A DNA stretch of 64,000 nucleotides. It comes from Harriotta raleighana (Eukaryota). Positions within the stretch are counted from its first letter, which is position 1. Each line of letters begins with the position of its first letter. The notes below the pieces were generated by a model that saw only the letters and a list, made by a program, of their open reading frames with translations, was not told the DNA's origin and did not search any database. Location: NCBI GenBank assembly GCA_050575255.1, contig JBNZDD010013730.1:5758015-5822014 (forward strand), read 5' to 3'. The position numbers and the translations under genes were made by a program. Positions 62,140 through 64,000 of this stretch are shown piece by piece.

Positions 62140-62402
62140 CGATAGTCAGCAATGTACTGCGATCCAGGCAATATTGGAAGGTGCATTGAAAGTGAGATGG
62201 TTACCCAAATTTGAGCTTGTTTAGTGATTATGTGTCCTGGCCAACATCCCCTAAAATTAAGTCAGTAATTTTCTTCAAGGCTACTTGAGGGACACTACTT
62301 TGCACAAATTGGCTACCTGCGATTGCCTACAAAGTGCAGCCACTGTACTTCATGTCTTTGTTCCAATGCACTAGGTCCCGTATCAAATGAAAGGATTATT
62401 AT
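62140..62402 (+). mobile_element. Degraded Deu-type SINE
   Basis: gtgtcctggccaaca..gggacactactttgcacaaattggct..tatcaaatgaaaggattatt. Confidence 0.55.
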
Positions 62403-64000
62403 ACTTCCTTAATTACTTATTAGTGAACAGACTGTGTACCACAAGTTGCAGAGCATGAGTTTGTCTAATTTAGCCTATGATTACTGTCTAATATCAGTCA
62501 AATGCCTGGGGATGTATTGAGTGAAGGTGACACAATTCTGTACCTCAAGCACTGAAGCAAACTTGCTTGTAGAGTTGACTGCAGTGATGAGGGAGCCTAA
62601 AAATAAGCAAAATAGAAGAAATCCTTTTTTTGTGCTTAAAACACAGAACTGATAACAATCGAACACTAGAACAATAAAGAAAGTCAAACACAAGTTTGAA
62701 TCAATCTGGAGTGCATTATGCAAAGTGCTTATTTCAATCAGAGATTTGACCTTGGTCAGCAATGCTATACATCGTGTATAACCAATTAAGGAAGTTGGCT
62801 CATAATGTAATGCCAGAAAGTTAATGAGACTTTGGTAACCCTTATACTTGGGTGTAATTTATTCCTCAAACAAAGTGCTTACAAAGTAAACGGACTTGAA
62901 TAAGAACGCTTGGGTCATAACAAGGCTATGTTTCATAAATGTAAAACCAGCTGTATTGTTGCATCTGTTTCCATTATGTTCTGTGGGACTATCAGCTTCA
63001 CATGCTCAAAATGTGACAAGGTCATACTGGTTAATGTGTACAAATTTGTAACGTCCTTTTTGGCCCAATGGGAAACAAAATTGATAAGGTTGTAGATTGC
63101 TTTAGGTCGCAAGTTCCTCGTGTCCTGGTGATGTAATCAATTTAGTTTTTAGGAACACTTGCTGATAAGCTGCAGTACTCACTGAGTACCAAAACTACTC
63201 TTTTTCCTTCACCGTGTCATGTACCAGGAAAACATCTGGACCTCAAAGCCCCAATCTTTATTTCCTCTCAGTCCTCTATTTTGCTTGCTTTAATAAGTAA
63301 CATTGTACCGTAGCTTCAGGATCTGCCTCGGCCCTTAATTGTTTTCTAAACAATATGGCATGGAACAGCTTTAAAAGATTACAGTTTGGAAATAACATGT
63401 GCTACGATTTCAATTTTCGACACAAAAGCTTCTGGTGTCTTGCACGTGACCCATCTTCCCATAAGGTAGAAGAATGTTGCCTGTAATCGTGTGATCATAA
63501 TGCCGCTCAGAAAGGCGAGCTTTGGATAAATTTTCTCTAAACCAGCTTTCAATCCTTTTCTTCAAATTGTGAACTATACACCGTTACGAAATCTCAACAT
63601 GGTTGCCCTCGTCTATTTGCCACAAAAGGAATATTTATTTCCAATACAAGCTAATAAAATTGACTCACTCTCAAACTGTGCACGTATGTCCCATTTATCA
63701 AATGCATGGACCACAGGATTAAAATTAAATGAGATTCATCTATTTACTTTGGATTAACAAGCACATTCTTCTGATGTACGTAAAACTATGCTCTTCAGAG
63801 TTTCCGCAACGTGCATCACTGGTCCTTTCAACACTGCGGTTGAAACTTACTACAGTATTATTATTTTTAGAATTCTTAAAATTGAGATTAACTGTCCTTT
63901 CAATTGGAACAACGGATATTTGTAGATCAGGGGGCGTCACATGGCAATCAGGACAAGTCACCAGGAATGATTGTCCTCGCTCAATAATACTGCCCCAGTT

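Noticed and set aside
1-64000. Known miRNA, snRNA, rRNA or endogenous virus
   Set aside because: I recognised no mature miRNA, structural RNA or viral ORF by eye. An Rfam/miRBase/BLASTx search is needed to exclude them formally.

Overview
This is non-coding vertebrate genomic DNA, AT-rich and CpG-poor. I infer a cartilaginous fish, most likely a holocephalan, from the repeat content. I recognise no host protein-coding gene, RNA gene or viral sequence. The only clearly assignable ORFs are C-terminal ORF2 pieces of L2 LINEs (43695-44413 +, 55332-55824 -) and a CR1 LINE (46281-46755 +). Other repeats are tRNA-derived SINEs with an L2-like tail, older Deu-domain SINEs, a second old SINE-like family, many 60-80 bp L2 tail-only insertions (four with target-site duplications), and degraded CR1/RTE relics. 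A repeat-poor block at about 12.2-22 kb holds CNE-like sequence, a candidate minus-strand TATA promoter and a candidate non-coding exon, which suggests the 5' or regulatory part of a large minus-strand gene. Eight near-identical duplications flanking a single 'n' are assembly artefacts. I found no convincing new multi-gene system. The best leads are the micro-L2 insertions, the opposite strand biases of L2 versus SINE/CR1, chimeric or nested SINEs, and an open RT-like frame at 41941-42345. All family assignments are by eye and from memory, not from database searches, and many element boundaries are approximate.
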